Below, one piece after another: positions 1 to 13,500 of a DNA stretch of 64,000 bases. Origin of the DNA: Antedon mediterranea (lineage: Eukaryota > Animalia > Echinodermata); NCBI RefSeq assembly GCF_964355755.1, contig NC_092672.1, positions 33,982,437-34,046,436 of the forward strand. Direction: 5' to 3'. The position numbers and the translations under genes are program-made. The first letter of the stretch is position 1, and each line of letters opens with the position of its first letter. The notes below the pieces were generated by a model that saw only the letters and a program-made list of their open reading frames with translations, searched no databases and had not been told where the DNA came from.

Positions 1-3000
1 CTAATTCTTCTAAATTGGGTTCTTTTTCCTTCTTTCCCGACTTGTTACCCTTCTCTGAATGTGTTGATCGTACAGACATCTGCCGGCTGATTTGAGTTGA
101 TATTTGCCGTTTGATTAACGGTGATTTTGGTTCGTTGGTAGCAACCTCCCCAGCATTCAGTGCTACATAAAAACAAAATTAGGTTTTGTATAAAGCTCTG
201 TCTACAGTATCAAACTTTATGTGACAAAAAAATGTGATGTGGCCATATATGATGTCACATCACTATCATATTTGGACATATCACTACCATATTTGGACAT
301 ATCACTACCATATTTGGACATATCACTACCATATTTGGACATATCACTACCATATTTGGACATATCACTACCATATTTGGACATACCACTACCATAATTG
401 GGCACATCTATTCTATTCATCTATACATTTATTATCAACAGTTTCAATAACTTTATTTATTTAGTGTACATTCAACAGTGTAAACACCAATTACAGGATG
501 AAATATACATATTATTGAACATAAATTGAATAATTAAGAAAATAAATAACTGCCTCGTGAGGACCCTGAGCTAACAACAAAGAGGTAATGCATAATGCAA
601 AATCAAAATAATAGTTATAAGCCCACAAGCTTAAAAATGAATTAAAAAATCCTATATGACTATTTGACCCCACTCCCTGCGTTATTTCAATCCCACAATA
701 CCTTCCTCTTCTTCCTGTTGTCGTAGCATCTGCAGAGTAACCAATTGAGCATAAACGCCATTCTTTGCCATCAACTCATCATGTGATCCGCTTTCAGCTA
801 CACTGCCTTCGTCAATAGCGTAAATGACATCAGCATTCTTGATAGTGGATAGTCGATGGGCAATCACAAGCGTTGTACGGCCAACTTGAGCCTGGAAATT
901 AAAAACAAAATCAAGGTGTTGAAATTACTAAAGAACTAGAAAATACTGTGATAAAATAAAGATTTGGTAATTGGGTCTGCAGTGTCAGTGTGTGTATTAT
1001 TACTCAAAAAAAAAAGAAAAAGCAGGAAACTTCATGAATATTAATTAAGATATAAACTAAGGTAATTGAGTAATACATCCAACTCTCCCAATACACCCTT
1101 TGGCTGCCCAAATATTTCTGGTTGCCCAAATATTTCTGGTTTTCCAGAAAGGCTTTCTGGTTTTTCAGAATGTGTTTTTAATGGTAAAAAGGAATTTGGC
1201 TTTTGGGAGAGTTTCCGGTTTTCAGAGAGTCCGGTATTGGGAGAGTTGACTGTATATACAAAATATAAAAAAAGGATAACGTAAGTATACTCTACATTAT
1301 CAAGGGCCTCCTGGACAACCCTCTCACTCTCGGAATCAAGAGCTGACGTAGCTTCATCCAGTAGGAGGATCTTTGGGTTCCGGATCAGCGCTCTTGCAAT
1401 GGCAACTCTCTGCTTCTGTCCACCAGACAGCTGGGTGCCTCGTTCACCGGCCAGAGTGTCGTACCCCTATGAAAAAATGTCAAATAAATCAGCATACACA
1501 AACAATACATTTGTCCGAACAAAATTATACTAATTAAGAATGTTTATTTATTGGTAAGAATATTTCCTAAGTTGATTATAGTAACTGCTCTATTTTAACA
1601 AGGTATGATCCAAGTTAAATGCCGAAGGAGAGGTTCTACTGTATAAAATAACAAATCTTTGCAGCAGTACCTTAGGTAGTTTAGAAATAAAATCATGCGC
1701 ATTTGCCGACTTTGCTGCAGCGATTACATCCTCCTTTGTGACGCCCTCACGACCGAAAGCAATGTTCTCAAAAATGGTGGTGGCGAAAAGAACCGGCTCC
1801 TGGCTGACAACTCCGATGCAGTCTTTTCTCAACCAGTTGATATTAAGATCTGTGATGTTATTCCCATCAATCAGGATCTGCGAAAAAAATAATGAATGTT
1901 TATGGATGGTGAGAAAATGAATGAAAAGATTGACTGCTCTATTTAATGATTCGTTATTAACCAGTGCTTTAAACTCTGTCTACACTATCAAACTATTTGA
2001 TAGGAGAATATGTACATATAAAGGATTGTTGGTATTTGTCACAGCCAGACATAAGATCAAAGACCTGTTTCTATCTTGGCAAGGCGAGCACAGTGTCCTG
2101 TTGTTAGATTGATTATATTGGTCATACACTGAGAGTGGTGCAGATATTTTATATATTAAATATTTTAAGCTCCACTCACCTCTCCACCCGCAATATTATA
2201 AAATCGTTGTAGCAATGCAACTGTTGTTGATTTCCCACAACCACTTGCACCAACAAGCGCCACCATTTGACCACTTTTGATATTCAAATTCAGACCTTTT
2301 AAAACTTCTACTTCACTGCGTGTTGGGTACGAGAATTTCACGTTACGGAATTCAATATTACCGTCGACAGTTTTCGGTTTTTTACCTTCTTCTGAGTATG
2401 TATCGATCTCTGGTTCGTTGTCGATGATATTATAAAGTACAGATGCGGCCCCCATTGCTGTGGCAACGTTGCTAACATTCGGAGCGATGGTACCGATGGC
2501 AAATGAACCAATCAGAACGCTGAAAAACACTACAAGCACGTCACCTCCTGTGATCTTTCCATCTATGATCATTCGTGGTCCGTACCAGAAAGCGAGGGCG
2601 TACGCACAAAACATGATAAACATAGTAACCCCCATTGCAACCCCAGTCAGTATACCTTTCTTGATCCCAATGGACTTGGCTTTATCAAGCTCCGTTGAAT
2701 ATCTGCAAAAGAAAATAAAAGATACAAATAAAAAGAACAGGAAAAATTTTAGAAACAGATTCATCAATCAAAGTAATTGATTGATTATTGACATTAAAAT
2801 GGCATATTTAACAAAAACAAATTTCACTTACCACCATAATGAAAAACAACTGTTAAATGTTGATTATGTTTTTTTTTAATAAACAAAAATGTACTACTAC
2901 TATACAATGTAGAGCATACTACAGCTGACACAACACCTTGACCATGTTAAATAAATTACACAAACCAAAAGTGGTGTTGTTAGTCTATGACTGCTAGCTT

Positions 3001-6000
3001 ATCTGGATAAACCGACATTGACCTATTCTCTCCAAGAAGAGAGCTACAACTTGAATATATAGAAAAATTATAAACACCCTTGTCAGATAATGGTACATTT
3101 CATGGGAACATCCAAACCAAACACATCACACAAAATAAACTACACACCTGACTTTTTCTTTTTCCTCTCCACCGAATGCTACCACTGTCCTGATGCAGGA
3201 CAGCACCTCTTCCGCCACGCTTCCAGCTTTTGCATATGAATCTTGTTCTTTCTTTGCAAACTCTGTCACAATCTGTAAACAAAAAACAATAATTACAATG
3301 CAAAGACACTTTATTTGTCTTTTATTATTCTTGTTTTATTTATCTATGCATAAAAATCTTTAAAATACTCAAAAAAATTGTATTTGGAGCTTGGACAAAG
3401 ATAAAAAAAAATACAAAAAAACAAAAAAAATACAATATATGTACAGTAAATACAATATATGTACAGTATATACAATATATGTACAGTATACATACAGTAT
3501 ATGTACAGACAGTATACATACAGTATATGTACAGACAGTATACATACAGTATATGTACAGTATATCATACAGTATACATACAGTATATGTACAGTATACA
3601 TACAGTATATGTACAGTATGCATACAGTATATGTACAGTATACATACAGTATATGTACAGAATACATACAGTATATGTACAGTATACATACAGTATATGT
3701 ACAGTATATGTACAGTATACATACAGTATACATACAGTATACATATAGTATATGTACCAGTATATAATACAGTATACGCACAGTATATGATGGGCTTATT
3801 GACAATTCCTCTAAACTGACATATTAAAAATTGTGAAATCATTATAAGAATAATTCATTCATCCTAAACATACATTATCATTTCAAAATAATATAGATTA
3901 TTCCACTTATGGAATTTATGGTTGAACTTTTGAACAAACTTTTATTTATTTATTTTTTGCTTGTATTATTTGAGGTAACTGCAGTCTAACTTATTTGTAT
4001 TCATCTATTTATATATTGTTGATTGTGTTGTCTATAGTTTAAATATTCTTTATTGTGTAATACATATGCAATTCATTCAGCCATGTGCTTCCATGTATGT
4101 ACTTTTAAATGAGAATTTTTGAATAAAATATACCTAATAAGATATATCATGGTAGAGAGGAATGTTTGGCTTTAATATATTTAAAATAACACCAAGATTT
4201 TGTGTCGTAAGCTTGCAGTTATTTGTCTACAAACTACACATTTACTTACTTTAGTTATGAGACTTCCACAAATAGCTAACAGGGGAGTCAATGACATCAT
4301 TACCAGAGTTAGCTCCCAGCTTTTGTAAAATCCAAGTGAAAAACCTATAAAAATGAAATATTGATATTTAAACAAGTATAATTCAACATGGAGCTTATAG
4401 CATTTAATAAGCAATTAGACTGGGTTAGCAAGTCACTCACAGCCTGACACAGAGGTACCATAATTTCAGAGTGTCTGTCACTTATGCCAGCAGGTAATTG
4501 TCTAGGCTTGCAATACACAAATCTAATTTCAACATTTAACATTACCAAATGTCAATTTTAATTAATTCTCCTGGCCATTATTATTTAGTTTCCCAATAGA
4601 TTTGTCAATAAATAGGAACACATTTGTGACCTTTGACACCTGTCTGAACATTATCTCAATGCTTTAAAAATGCTCACCAGCTAGAAACTGGCCAACATAC
4701 TGCATGGTGAGTCCAAACTTATCTCCAATGCCTTCCCTGATCCGTTCAATATCACTGAAATAACAAGATGAAAATGGTGTAAATAAAAGAAAAACATTTT
4801 GGCACACATGTCGTCATACCTATACTTCAACTGTGGTTCTACATTAAAAAAAGAAAATAACAGGGACTGGCAAATATAATTAAAATAATAGTTTAAAGCT
4901 CTGTCTACACTATCAAACTAGTGCGATGTGCCCAAATATGGTAGTGATATACACAAATATGGTTGAGATAACATCATCACATTATCATATGTTGAAGAAA
5001 ATATTTTAATTATTTTATTAATTTTAAATTGTAAAGCAGAAAGTAAATGTGGATTTCTACTTACTCCGACAATCTGGTGTTAAGTTCTCCGCTTGGATGA
5101 GCATCGAACCATCCGATATCTTGTCGTAAGATGGCTTTGAAAAACGCTTTTCTTATTTTGTTGACTTGACGTTGACAGGCTGCTACCCAACAAGATATCT
5201 AAATAAACAAATAAAAACAATATGGGAATTAGGTAAAGTTCCAAAACAAATATAATTTAATAAATTCTAGTTTGACAAAAAAATGTGATGTGCCCAAATA
5301 TTGATTGATTGATTGATTGATTCTTTTATTTTTCACACAACATTCTTAAAAATATAAATAAAAGATTAAGTACAATAAAGTGTGAAAAACAGGATAACCA
5401 CAAGCAAGCAAAGCTTTTAATCTGTGGCACCCTAACTTAAAATATAAATTTACAAATATATTACAAAAAAATGTTTTCATGTAGTAAATAAATGAAGGAA
5501 AATACAACGTACTATAATATAACATATATATATACATCAGTCTCAGAATATATACGAGAATGTAATTAATTAAGTTAAAGTTAGACATATTTTACAAATG
5601 TTGTTTTCGCATAGATATATTGTTTCTTTATAACTATTAATGCATTTATTTAGTAATAGTTTTTTAAATATTGATATATTTTCACTCTCTCTTATATTTC
5701 TTATAAGTTGATTCCATAGCTTAGGTCCTCTATATGCTATACTTTGCTTACCCATATTAGTTGATTTTAATTTTATACAATAATTGTCTTTATTTCGAGT
5801 GTTATATGTATGATAATTATCAAATAAACTGAATAAAGAATTAAAAAATTTTGGAAGTTGTCCTTTTTGGTATTTAAACATAAAATTTAAAACACTGTTT
5901 TTATACAAATCAAATATATTAAGTGTGCCCGTTTTCACAAAGAGCTGAGAAGAGGGATGATGAAAGTCTACCTTACAAATGATCCTAAGAGCTTTTTTCT

Positions 6001-9000
6001 GAAGCAATAGAAGGCGATCCAAATTGTCTTTGGTAGTGATATGTCATCATGTCCATGATCACATAAAGTTTGATAGTTTAGACAAAGCTTTACAGTGGTG
6101 GCTGCACCCATCCACGATAGAGCCTCAATTTGATCTTCAGAAGGTTTGTATTTTTATTGTTAAGAGATTCGTTTTAGAATTACAAAATTTAATAACATGT
6201 TATAAAAATAATACTGTATTATGACAGAAAAATATGGCGAGCGTTAAGCATGTTTGCACATCGAGCACAAATCTGACTATCCATTGTCAAACAAGGTCAT
6301 TCATGCTCACTGCTGATGGGACAAAAGAAAAAAATTTACGATTCTGGCAAACAAATGGCTTCTTGATCCATCGCTTTGAAACTTGAAACTTGATATATGG
6401 GCACATCACATTTTTGTTGTCACATAAAGTTTGATAGTGTAGACAGAGCTTTAGTTTGTTAATTTAAAATATTAATTTGTGTTTAGACTACCTGCATGAG
6501 TCCAGAGAACATCACAACCAATGCTATGATCCCAAAGTACAACGCAAAGTCAGCCATCTTATCCTCAAACTCCTTAGCTGTGAGATTGGAGGTGCCCGAC
6601 TCGTATTCAACGAGTGTGTCCGTTAGTTCACCAAATACGATCATGAGGGCAGGCCAACCAGCTCCAACGGCTACCGCAAATGTTGAGCCAACAATCATGA
6701 GAAAAAAATCCACACATGTTGCGTAACGAAACTGAAAATTACAAGAAATAAATTAATAAAATTAGCATAAAAAAGAATAAAACAATAGTAAAAAAGAATA
6801 AAATGACTATTATTCTTCAATCCTACAACTTGGTTCCTAGTAAAGCTTGGTTCCAACGAGGAAGGACGCAACGCAAGGACGTCAACGCATTTGACCAATG
6901 ACCAATGGATAATTCAAACTGTCAATTGTCATTAGTCAACTCGCGTTGAAAAACACATGCAGCGCAAGTAATGTCACCATTCACAAGAAACATTTCAAAT
7001 GATTTGTCGCTTGTGATTGGTCAAATTACTTGTGTTGTGTGTACGTTCTTGTGTTTCATCCAAATGGGAACAAAGCTTAACTCACAATAATTAAAAAAGG
7101 TAAATTTGTATGTGAAGCAAAACATATTTTTGTGTTTAGACAACAGGTGCAAAATATTCATGAATATATTCATATTAAAGTCTAGTCCTACAGTACATGA
7201 AGTCCACCTAAAAATGGGGGACATTTTCGACTTTTATTTACTAAGTTTTTTTTTTTTAATCTTTATACAGCTTCTTAAAAAAAAGAAAAATAAAACTTTA
7301 TTATAAAATAAAATATTAAAATTGTTACATCATCAATGGGGTTAACCTTAAAATTAGAATAATCTCAAAGTACTATATCAAATACAGGGTGATTAAACTT
7401 TAAGTGTAAAAAATAAAAACCGCTTAGATCCTAAAAAAATTTGAACAATTCAATTCCAAGGTTTATTCAATAAAATAAAACGAAAATTTACATTGTAGCC
7501 AAAGGCTAAACTGTGTAAAATTCTACAAAATATTTCACATATAAAAAAGTTATCACATAGAAAGAACACCTAATATTAAAATGAAAAAAACATTGAAAAA
7601 TCGAAGAAATTGTTATGAATCATGGCCTAATATATTAAATAGCTGTATTAAAACTTATGTATTATTATTTTCACTTTGTTTGATAACGGCAACGTTGACT
7701 AAATGTAACAATCTCAAAATAATGTATCAACCCCGGGGGGGTCACTCTTAAATATTTCCATACGGGGAGGTGCCGCATTTACGGGTATATTTTCGAGGGC
7801 CTGGTAGCACAAGTGTGGGAAATTATGGAGAGTTGGTAGCACAAGTGTGGGAAATGACAGGGTGAAATTAGTAGTTTAAGTGCCTGGCCCGCCCACCCGT
7901 GTCAAAATGTCACGATTTATCGCCAAATTTTGCAGGTATTTTAGCATAATGGATGCTATAAGCCCGGCTATAAGCCCATTGCTAAACACCTTTGAATAGG
8001 CCTAGAGTTTTCGCATCAGCAGAAGAACACGAAACATAGCCTACGACAAAATCATTCAACTGTGACCACTCTTGACTCTTGATCATCGTCGATTGTCATG
8101 CACCGCGGACGAGCGAAAACACGTTCATGATTTTGCCATGAACGGTCTCTTTGGCCATGCGCAGATCATGCCGGGAACCAGTACAAATATTGCGCCCTCT
8201 CTGGCGTGGCCTTGTTTCTGCCGTCTTTTTAGAGAACACTGGATTTTTATTTGGTAAATGGTAGTTCAAGTCCGTAGTATTTTTCAGTAAAACAGGTAGC
8301 ACAAGTGCCTCATGTCTTGAAGTGGCTGCTGCACCCCCCAAACCCCCCCCCCCCCCCCGTTTGGTTTATATACAAGTGACCCCCCCGGGGTATCAACCAT
8401 TGGGTCAAACTTTAGATGTAAAAAACACAACCATCAGGTGATTAAACTTTAGGTGTAAACAAAAATACTTAAAAAGACACTAAAATTAAAAGATCCTTGA
8501 AGAATTGTCTACCGTATGGGGTGAACAAACTTTAAGTTTAAAAATACAAAATCACACACACCTTAAAATGACAATAATCTCAACTATGGGTTATATGGTA
8601 ACAAATACCATAATATCAGATAGCTTTGTTTGGTTACAGGCAAACAGGCCATTGGCCACAAGTTGTTATGCACCGCTACACATTTTAATGTGTTTTTTTT
8701 TATTAATAAAGAATAATATAATACATAACATGTCATGGGTAACCAAACTTTTCACTGATAAATTACAGTTTGTTAACATAATGTGGGCTTATCAATATTA
8801 TAAAGTACGGTTATCACGGGGGTTATCATAGTAATGTAAAGCTTTGCAGGGTGACCAAACTCTACAATAAAAGCTAATACTGTATTGATTGGGCAAGAAC
8901 AATCCAGTCGCAGTAGGTAGAAAACATTAATAAAGAATGAACGATAATAAAACTAGTACTAAATAGCTTACTGTTATAAATGATTAAAGGTTGACCAAAC

Positions 9001-10339
9001 TTTTACCAGTATAATCCAACCAACCAATGCATTTGTATGCTTTTAATTAGAATATGAATAGAAGCCTAGTTCATCAAACTTTGGTGTTATGCATGACTGC
9101 ACAAATTAAACGACACAATTCATAAAGCGATAATACCTATAAACACAGTACACTGCTATTTTGCTGTGTCAAGTGGGATATATAAATATACATTACAGCA
9201 TTATATAGCATTTCAATTCAAACTATCACAATGTATAGTGTCATATAAAGGTTGTAAAAAGCAGGGCGGTCAGAATTTTGCCTAATTTTATTTAGTGAAT
9301 GCATTCAAGCATGACCGCCATTGTTTACTCAAACAAACTAAACCTATTTCCAATATTTTGTTAATATAATAGCCATGCCAACAAAGTCAGTTCTCTGTGG
9401 ATAGCATTTTACATAGGTTCCATATTGTTAATACAAGTGTACAACAAATGCCGTAGTCTATACATTCTATATAGTTTTAATAATATTTAGAAATTGTTAG
9501 CAGTGTCTATGTTAGGAATGGTTTGAGGTGTCAGAAATGAATTGTATCCATCATTGACAAATGCTATTACATTTTAAAAGGCATATAAAAATTCTCTAGT
9601 GTACTGTCACCTCTCCTCCTTTTCAAAAACATATTTTAAGACGAAAATTGCTGGGAATGACAACATCACCAAATATTATTTAAAGGGTTTTAAAATCCAT
9701 TCCAATAGTAGTACTAATTTTTTGATTAAAAAAAAGAATTTCCTCATTCTGTATTTTTTGGAAGATGTGATGCTAAACATGTTTTATATGCGGCCATCAA
9801 AGCATTACTTATGATGTCAGTGTAAAATAATAAATAAACATGACAATTTAGTGGATATAATATGATTTTAATGCAGTACATACCAATGTTAGTAATGATA
9901 TTGTCTCTACTTCCTCTTCTTTTGTTTCAGTTTCTTCCTCTCCACTAAAAAGATAAAAACAGAACAAATATATACAGTATTTTGAGTGGTTGAGACAGGG
10001 GATTTGGACAAGGGTTGCAATTAGTAAATCTTAAGCCAGTGGCAACCTCAAACCTGAGAGGCACAGTGTATGAAAATATTATTACTATATTAGTTGAAGA
10101 GCGTACATAAATAGATGTTTATTAAAAATAATTAAGAGAAATAATTAAAAGAAGAAATTTACTTACTCTTTAAATTCTACAGCGGCAGCATCAACAAAGC
10201 CATTTTGATTCTTCTCATTTTTGTATTCCTCATTTTCAATGATATCGATTGGTTTCTTTTCAACTTCTCCATTCGCAGCATTATTGTGGAGATCTCCGTT
10301 GGTCTCTGCTGCCTTCTTGTCATCTTCATTCACATCCAT
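1..10339 (-). CDS. ABCB1: ABCB1/MDR P-glycoprotein, N-terminal half (TMD1, NBD1, linker); gene continues beyond the left edge. Coding exons: 10167-10339, 9884-9944, 6492-6731, 5065-5198, 4678-4754, 4250-4344, 3148-3272, 2180-2702, 1671-1877, 1296-1466, 702-891, <1-162
   Basis: Spliced translation gives [22 protein letters not shown]...GELNTRLS, Walker [11 protein letters not shown]-loop VSQEPVLF, signature [15 protein letters not shown], Walker [13 protein letters not shown]-loop IAHRLSTI and linker [13 protein letters not shown]. All introns are GT-AG. Exact ABCB paralog is uncertain. Confidence 0.93.
194..408. mobile_element. Family-A MITE (AGCTCTGTCTACACTATCAAACT TIR), truncated, with an internal 21-bp unit expanded about 7 times
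   Basis: TAA|AGCTCTGTCTACAGTATCAAACT, then (ATATCACTACCATATTTGGAC)n at about 258-400. Confidence 0.85.
1076..1252. mobile_element. Tc1/mariner (pogo/Tigger-like) MITE
   Basis: TA|CATCCAACTCTCCCAATAC…GTATTGGGAGAGTTGACTG|TA. Confidence 0.8.
3435..3790. repeat. Minisatellite of ~11-bp units (TACAGTATATG/TACAGTATACA)
   Basis: Directly visible; it produces the spurious overlapping ORFs at 3344-3842. Confidence 0.95.
5301..6028 (-). mobile_element. 3' fragment of an L2/Crack/CR1-type LINE with a (TCAA)n tail
   Basis: ORF 5570-6022 ([23 protein letters not shown]) is a typical LINE ORF2 C-terminus; (TTGA)n lies at 5301-5320. Confidence 0.85.
6843..7078. mobile_element. Family-B MITE, diverged copy
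   Basis: AAGCTTGGTTCC…GGGAACAAAGCTT. Internal ACGCAACGCAAGGACGT and TTGTGATTGGTCAA are shared with 57387-57567. Confidence 0.7.
7732..8389. mobile_element. Non-autonomous DNA element with CCCGGGGGGGTCACT TIRs and an 8-bp TSD
   Basis: GTATCAAC|CCCGGGGGGGTCACT…AGTGACCCCCCCGGG|GTATCAAC; internal repeat GGTAGCACAAGTG occurs three times. Confidence 0.85.
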
Positions 10340-10394
10340 AGTGCAATATATTTATTCTGAAAAAAAAAAAAAGTCAGAATTGATGTATTTTTAA

Positions 10395-10527
10395 AGCTCT
10401 GTCCACACTATAAAACTTTAGACAAAAAAAATGTGATGTGCCCATATGAACATGATATTCTATCACTACCATATTTAGGCACATCACACTTTTTTTGTCA
10501 AACTAGTTTGATAGTCTGGACAGAACT
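10395..10527. mobile_element. Family-A MITE, full copy (PIF/Harbinger-like, TWA flanks)
   Basis: TAA|AGCTCTGTCCACACTAT…GATAGTCTGGACAGAACT|TTA. Confidence 0.85.
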
Positions 10528-13500
10528 TTAGGAATAAGAGAGGGTCCGGATCCAAATTGCTTCTGTCAGTTTGCAGTTAAACATGAGCATGATAATAACA
10601 CATACAAACAGTACACCTTGTTTACCTTTATAAGTTAGTAAGTATTTTTGAAAAATGAATTTACCTCTAATTTGGTTCCTAATGTCACGCCACCCTGAGT
10701 ATATTTATATTAAAATATAAATATAAATAAATGCCAAGGATTTTGAATCCACTAACTTTGTGTAATCTCCAGAGGTTTGAAATATGTCATGTAGTACAGT
10801 TAAAAGTCTATGTTTTTCGCTAAAACATTCGATGAATAAGTAGAAATAAGGTAGTTTTGTGTAGCAATATGATACAGTAGTACTCGGCAAAAATATAGTG
10901 TTACTACTTAATAGTACTATAGTAAAACAATATGAAATGAGATGCTCTATTTCCTCAAACAATGGTAACAAAGTAACATACAATTTGATCTAAAATCTAG
11001 CTAAGTAATTCATTGTTATACCACACTAATTCTTCCCATTAATTCTTTCCAAACATTGTTGCCTGAGCACTATTGGTCAAATTCGGTATTTTCAGCCAAA
11101 AACAATTATTATAACCAACACAAAATCATCACGTGCGACAGATTGACATTCTGTACCTTAAGCAAACAATAACCGAATTGCAATGCTAACACTCCAGTCA
11201 GTCACGCAATAAACAGTATAAATAGAATCTATTGTCAGTAGTACTGCGCATCAACCACTTTGATGAGTGTTGAAAGGATTACACAGGATTTTTAAAACAC
11301 AGAATTAGTGAACATCCCATAATAAAAACATTGGTAATAATAATCTGAATGTAGCATGCAATTATATAGTTAACTTACAGATAATTATTAACGTGTGGGG
11401 CAAAACTCTGCAAACCTCCAAAAAACCATAACAAACAAACAAATACATTTTTTTTTTAATGTTGGATCAATAGAGTTTGCTTCTGTTTGTTGACTGGATT
11501 ACACAGGATTTTACAACACAGAATTAGTGAACATTCCATAATAAAAACATCGGTAATAATAACTGAGTAAAAAGATAATGAAACATGTATTCATCTAACA
11601 CTCACTGTACAGTACCTCCAATTATTATAGTTAACTTATTACAGATAATTAGTGACAGGTAACATAAAAAACGAAAAAATAAAACATTTTTTTTGACTGA
11701 CATACCAACTGACTCACTACACTACATTTTTTTTTATGTTGGATCAATGAGGTTTGTTTGTTTTTTTTGGAGGTTTGCGGGGGTTGCGAGGTTTCGCAAT
11801 ACCCTACCACATTTACAGTATGAGTACAGTATAATTGATGTACTGTACAAACTTTACTTTTCAAAAGATAGTTTTATGTATTAAAAAAATTATCATAGCA
11901 AATTACAAAACATCCTCCTTTTAAAAGATAAGAGAGTATGTTTATTTGACCGTATGCTTTGACCATCTCAGTAAAATAGGAAAATATCGATTATTAATAT
12001 TAACCTTTATGTCCATCAAGCATAACTACTGAGCCTGGCCAAAGTATTGTGTAAATTTGCCAATTAATTATTTACTGGTAACAGTACACGGCAACGTCAA
12101 CAGCATAATAATTTGAAAATGACGCACATCCGGTTAACAAACTCAGACAGACAGTTTGTAATTATTATTCACGTTGTGGACAATTTCTTCCTTCAATCTT
12201 GAATTACAGATTAATTAATAATTGTTTCTGTTTAATGATATACCGTACAAAAAATTCATTATACGTAAAAGATTAATATACTGTAAAAAGAAATATTTCA
12301 ACTAATACAAAATACAAGTGTACATTAGTTACAATTTACATTATTTTTGTACAGAAAAATCTTAAACTCAATAAATTGTACTACTGTAGTATTTATTAAT
12401 AATTTTCTGAATTATGTAAATGTATTAACATTTAATTTTACTGGACAAAGTAGTAGTAGTTAATGTTAAGCTTTGTCTACACTATCAAACTTTATGTGTC
12501 AAAAAAATGTGATGTGCCCATATATGGACATGATGATGTTATATCACTACCATATTTAAGCATAGCACTACCATATATAGGCACATCAAACTTAAACTAT
12601 TTATTTTATGTGTGTAAAGTTCACTAGAGTATGGAACAGTAGGCATACATTTAATTTGTCAGTCATAATAAATTAAATAAATAAATAATAAAATAAATAA
12701 TAAATTAATTTTAATTTTATTTTTCAAACTTACAATAGTAAGATACGGTAATTTTAATAGTTACTGTATGACAAAATATGACCTATTAAAATATAATAAA
12801 TTATTATATTATTCTAAATTAAAATAAATTAAAATTTGTGTTAATTCTCCTACTGTACACGTTACAGTACAATTAATATTAAATATTAATAATATAATAA
12901 TAATACAGTAATAATACAGTAATAATAATGTAAAAATAAATAATAGAATTAAATTCTCAAATTGGATAGGACTTCATATAAAATATTAACCATTACTGTA
13001 CCACAATTAATATTAAATATTAAACATTAATAAATAAATGCGACCTTAGTATCAGATACAAACACTGTCTTTTAGAATTAAATAATAAAATAAAATTCTC
13101 AAATTGGATAGGACTTCCTTTACTGTAAAAGAACATTTTCAGTACCACCACAATATAAATATTGTGACCTTTGTATCGGATACAAACACTGTCAGAAATA
13201 AATAATAAAATAAAATTCCCAAACTTGATATTTCATTTAAAATAACAAATGTATTTTAATTACCGTGACCGCTTAAATTTGCTACTGTACCCGTGTTTAA
13301 AGTCTTGCATTTAGTAAACTGCAAAACACAACTGTGCTTTATAATCTTCGCTCTACTGTCTCCAAACGTTTAATGATAATTATTCATAAAAAATTAAACA
13401 TTTTATAGAGCGCAAGGATCAGAAGTTATTAAGTAAGATAAAGACCTGTGGATTAGTGTATTACCTGTATGATCCGGTTTGGAGCTAGACATTAAACCTT

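Noticed and set aside
217-464. SKYGSDM and HYHIWTY repeat ORFs
   Set aside because: Translations of the 21-bp expansion within a MITE.
3344-3842. Five overlapping Tyr/Cys-rich ORFs
   Set aside because: Artefact of a stop-poor minisatellite inside an ABCB1 intron.
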